From Acidobacteriota bacterium (GTDB lineage: Bacteria > Acidobacteriota > Blastocatellia > UBA7656): DNA of 64,000 bases. Below are positions 60,834 to 64,000 of the stretch, one piece after another (within the stretch, counting starts at the first letter, position 1; every line of letters starts with the position of its first letter). The stretch spans positions 1,443-65,442 of the forward strand of contig JACQDB010000020.1 of assembly GCA_016201275.1 (NCBI GenBank), written 5' to 3'. A program made the position numbers and the translations under genes. The notes below the pieces were generated by a model. It ran no database searches. It was given only the letters and a program-made list of their open reading frames with translations, and was not told where the DNA came from.

Positions 60834-62060
60834 TTGGCGTATCTTTTCTTTTTCATCAACCAATTCTATCTTTGAATATTTATGACTTTGCAACCAATCC
60901 TCTATCAACAAATCGTAAGCATCTATGACCAGCAAGCTCTCGTCTTCTTCCGGCGCGAAAAGATAATCGCTCTGCCTGTGGGTTCTCACCAAGATCATCA
61001 AAGCGCATTTTTTAGATTTGCTCGCGGCAATCAATTTGCTCTTGGCATCTTCCAAGTCTTCGCCGCTCTTTTGCACTCGCACAGCAACCGGACGATGATT
61101 CACATATAACTTGAGAAAACCGTCAATGCCGTTGTTGCGCTCAACCGGAATCGCCTCAAGAGTCTTCAGTATCGCTCGTTCATAATCTGATTTTTCGAGA
61201 TAGCTTTCTTCGCCCACTGTCAAAAGATGCGACTCTGTTTTAATCGGTTCCAGCAGTCTTCGCTCTGCCAACTGCACGGCTTCGGCTGATATATCAAACC
61301 CTAAATAATTTCGCTCAAGCAATTTTGCGGCAATCAGCGTAGTGCCGCTGCCGCAAAATGGATCAAGCACACAGTCGCCTTTGTCTGTGGCTATTTCAAC
61401 GATGCGCTCAAGCAATAAAATAGGCTTCTGCGTTGGGTAGCCAACACGCTCTTTGGCTTTCGGATTCAAGAAAGGGATATTCCAGACATCAGAAAATGGA
61501 ACGCCTCTCTTTTCTTTGCCGGTCACGGTGTTGCCATCTTCGTCGCGTTGATAAATAGCCTTGCCGGATTCGTTCCGAACTCTGGCTTGCAGAATTTGAT
61601 CTACATTGGTGGTCGGCGAATAGTCTGTGTACCGTGTGTTGAATTTAAAATTTTCCGTCTTGCTGTAAAAGAAAATCGTTTGATGTGCGTTCAGTAATCC
61701 TTTTTTTGCATTAGACCAACGCTTGTATGCCCAAATGATTTCGCTTTGAAAATTCTCGCTGCCAAACACTTCATCCAACAAAACGCGCAAGTGATGCGAC
61801 GCAGATTTATCGCAGTGTAAAAACAGGCTCCCATCATTTTTGAGAAGCCTACGGCACTCTGTAAGCACTTCACGCAGAAACGCAAGGTAGTCGGTGAGCG
61901 AATCCCAACGGTCTGCGAAACTGTACTCTGTGGCATTGTCTCGCGTTCGCAACGAGTGCGACTTTTGCGTAAAGAATGGCGGGTCGAGATAAACAAGCTG
62001 CACGCTCGCGTCGTCAAGCTTCGGCAAATTCACCAGACAGTCCCCGTGTAAAATGCTCAT
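60825..62060 (-). CDS. Beta-class N4/N6 DNA methyltransferase with C-terminal extension
   Basis: DPPF (motif IV) precedes YPTQKP and DPFCGSGTT (motif I). Confidence 0.93.
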   Translation of the reverse strand: MSILHGDCLVNLPKLDDASVQLVYLDPPFFTQKSHSLRTRDNATEYSFADRWDSLTDYLAFLREVLTECRRLLKNDGSLFLHCDKSASHHLRVLLDEVFGSENFQSEIIWAYKRWSNAKKGLLNAHQTIFFYSKTENFKFNTRYTDYSPTTNVDQILQARVRNESGKAIYQRDEDGNTVTGKEKRGVPFSDVWNIPFLNPKAKERVGYPTQKPILLLERIVEIATDKGDCVLDPFCGSGTTLIAAKLLERNYLGFDISAEAVQLAERRLLEPIKTESHLLTVGEESYLEKSDYERAILKTLEAIPVERNNGIDGFLKLYVNHRPVAVRVQKSGEDLEDAKSKLIAASKSKKCALMILVRTHRQSDYLFAPEEDESLLVIDAYDLLIEDWLQSHKYSKIELVDEKEKIRQAS

Positions 62061-62701
62061 TGTTTCCCCTGATTTTTATTGCCTTCAGCTATTTCAAGCA
62101 GTATGGCTTTCAGATCAATTTTCGTGCGTTTGCGAAGATAATTCCAAGCTTCGTCACCCGCAAAATATTCTCCACCGACTCCGGCGTAGAGTGTTTTCAG
62201 GGTCTCCTGAATCCTACGCGATTGCTCTCGGTTCGGATAGAAAAACATCAGGCGAATCGGTTTGAAGCCGTTTGCTTTGATGGCTTTTATCCGAGTGTGT
62301 TCTTTGGTTATGTGGTCTCCATCTGTCGTTGCGTCTCGCCATTTAATTTCAACTGCGTCTTTACCAATCAAGCAATCTATTTCAAATTGCTTTGGCTTTT
62401 GTCCCAAGGTGTTTTCAACTTGCGTTCTTCTTGCATCAGGGAATTTTTCTTTGATACACAGCAAAGCTGCATATTCCAAAAACTTCCCTGCATAGTTGTA
62501 CAGAAATCGTCCTTTGTTTTGATAGCTATCAATGAGTGCGCCTTCTTCATCGGATATGCCCAAAACTTGATAGATGAGATAGTGCGACAGATCATCTTTT
62601 TTCATCTCATCAATTCGTAATGCAATCTTTCTCTCAAGTTCATTCGCATACTTATCAGCGAGTCTGCGGATAGATTCTTTGATTGAAATTTCGTTGGTCA
62701 T
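62057..62701 (-). CDS. Type II restriction endonuclease, ApaLI-like family
   Basis: YQNKGRFLY.YAG.FLE, EIDC...EIKWRDATTDGDH; overlaps the MTase start (ATGA). Confidence 0.8.
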   Translation of the reverse strand: MTNEISIKESIRRLADKYANELERKIALRIDEMKKDDLSHYLIYQVLGISDEEGALIDSYQNKGRFLYNYAGKFLEYAALLCIKEKFPDARRTQVENTLGQKPKQFEIDCLIGKDAVEIKWRDATTDGDHITKEHTRIKAIKANGFKPIRLMFFYPNREQSRRIQETLKTLYAGVGGEYFAGDEAWNYLRKRTKIDLKAILLEIAEGNKNQGKQ

Positions 62702-62713
62702 CGCAAACCGCCT

Positions 62714-62785
62714 TTAAACAATCGTTGTGCCGCCATCAACGACTATCGCTTGACCCGTGATGTAGTTTGAAGCGTCGGCAGTTAA
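62714..62785 (-). pseudogene. Stranded copy of the SDR gene 3' end (younger relic)
   Basis: 65/72 nt identical to 63426-63497; encodes LTADASNYITGQAIVVDGGTTIV*. Confidence 0.92.
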
Positions 62786-62789
62786 AATT

Positions 62790-63140
62790 TTATAAGCTCG
62801 TCCAAGTGCTTTGAACGGCATCTCTCATCGCGACGGTTAAGCCTTGCCATTCGTGTTCTGAAAATTGCTTTATGGCTTGCATAACTCGTGCATGAATCTT
62901 TTGTTCATTAGGTTGGCGAAGACGAATAATTAAAATCCCGAAGTGCGATTCATCTCGACGATGAATGAAACCTTTGTCCGTAGTGATAACCATTCGTTGC
63001 TCGGCTTGCGCCTTTTGCCACAACAATTCGTCATCCATTCCTTGTTCATCGGTTCCGCGAATATCTAAAACATCGTGTCCGAGAGTCTGCAACTCTGCGA
63101 CCGTGCGATTCGGAATGTTTTCGTCCACAAAGATTTTCAT
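62790..63140 (-). CDS. DUF5615 PIN-like toxin
   Basis: MKIFVDENIP, GHDV, DD..W..A..E.R..IT.DKGF. Confidence 0.88.
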   Translation of the reverse strand: MKIFVDENIPNRTVAELQTLGHDVLDIRGTDEQGMDDELLWQKAQAEQRMVITTDKGFIHRRDESHFGILIIRLRQPNEQKIHARVMQAIKQFSEHEWQGLTVAMRDAVQSTWTSL

Positions 63141-63143
63141 ACC

Positions 63144-63371
63144 TCACGCGACTTCTTCGATAGGAGTAATTTGTTCTTCAGCAAGCGCCGCAGCGTATTC
63201 CAAACAAGCTGAAATATCTTCACGTTCTATCGAAGGGTATGCTCTGAGCAACTCGTCTATCGTGTCGCCGTTCGCCATCATGCCAATGATTTGATAAACC
63301 GGGATGCGAGTCCCTTTGATGCAAGCTTGCCCGTGATAAATTTTGGGGTTGATGGAAATTCTGTCGTGCAT
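63144..63371 (-). CDS. DUF433 antitoxin
   Basis: RISINP....G..CIKGTRIPV, YPSI..EDI.ACL.YAA. Confidence 0.92.
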   Translation of the reverse strand: MHDRISINPKIYHGQACIKGTRIPVYQIIGMMANGDTIDELLRAYPSIEREDISACLEYAAALAEEQITPIEEVA

Positions 63372-63425
63372 AATTCAGCCTCCTTTTCATCGTTCGCCTG
63401 AGCCATTATCGCCAGTGTTTCTCCA

Positions 63426-64000
63426 TTAAACAATCGTCGTGCCGCCGTCAACGACTATCGCTTGCCCGGTGATGTAGTTTGAAGCGTCTGCCGCTAAGAA
63501 CACCGCTACGCCTTTCAACTCGCCGGGGTTGCCTATGCGTCCCATCGGCGAAGACGACCTGATTGACGCGCCCGCCCCTTCAATTATTTTGTCCGCCATT
63601 CTTGAGGAAAAGAAGCCCGGACAAATGGCGTTGACGCGAATATTGTGGTGCGCCCATTCTGCCGCTAAGGCTCGGGTCAACGACAGCAAGCCGCCTTTGG
63701 CAGCGTTGTATGCCGAGGTCTGTTGGATGTCCGGCATGGCGGCGATCAACCCGGCAATCGAAGCGACGTTAATAATGCGCCCGTATTGCTGTTTGATCAT
63801 CTCGCGGCCTGCGGCCTGGGAAAATAAAAAGGCTCCGGTCAAATCAATATCCAGAACCATCTTCCATTTTTCGAGGGCTAAATTTTCTGCCGCTTCGCCC
63901 CACGCAACCCCTGCGTTGTTGACTAAAATATCCACCTTGCCAAAAGCGTCAAGGGTTTGGTTGACGGCGTTTTGTACGTGGTCGGGATTGGCGACATCGC
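63426..64000 (-). CDS. Short-chain dehydrogenase/reductase (gluconate 5-dehydrogenase-like), 5' end beyond the window
   Basis: DILVNNAG, YNAAK, IRVNAICPG, YITGQ..VDGG. Confidence 0.93.
   Translation of the reverse strand, partial: DVANPDHVQNAVNQTLDAFGKVDILVNNAGVAWGEAAENLALEKWKMVLDIDLTGAFLFSQAAGREMIKQQYGRIINVASIAGLIAAMPDIQQTSAYNAAKGGLLSLTRALAAEWAHHNIRVNAICPGFFSSRMADKIIEGAGASIRSSSPMGRIGNPGELKGVAVFLAADASNYITGQAIVVDGGTTIV

Noticed and set aside
60735-63523. SDR repeats as DGR template/variable repeats
   Set aside because: Mismatches are mostly at third codon positions rather than adenine-specific, and no reverse transcriptase is present.

Overview
A 64-kb bacterial chromosomal window; gene content and style suggest Acidobacteriota (Blastocatellia-like), which is inference only. 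Most genes are on the minus strand. Housekeeping and metabolic content: a FadR-FadD-FadN fatty-acid operon, a prkA(yeaG)-yeaH-spoVR operon with an intein in yeaH, truB, an EF-G paralogue, rph, murI, tmRNA, and many hydrolases and secreted proteins. The standout is a four-gene RiPP-like locus at 24.4-29.1 kb. It encodes a kinase, a HopA1-type lyase and a LanC cyclase behind a 350-aa substrate whose 228-aa Pro/His-rich core holds exactly 31 Ser/Thr and 31 Cys in matched order, suggesting a protein with about 31 lanthionine staples. Other notable items: stacked defence cargo (TA pair, restriction-modification pair) separated by stranded copies of an SDR gene 3' end; a nested MITE, with a second copy of the inner element interrupting a GNAT gene; an Rpn-like gene with an internal RBS; and attC-like relics. 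All family names come from motif recognition, not database searches.
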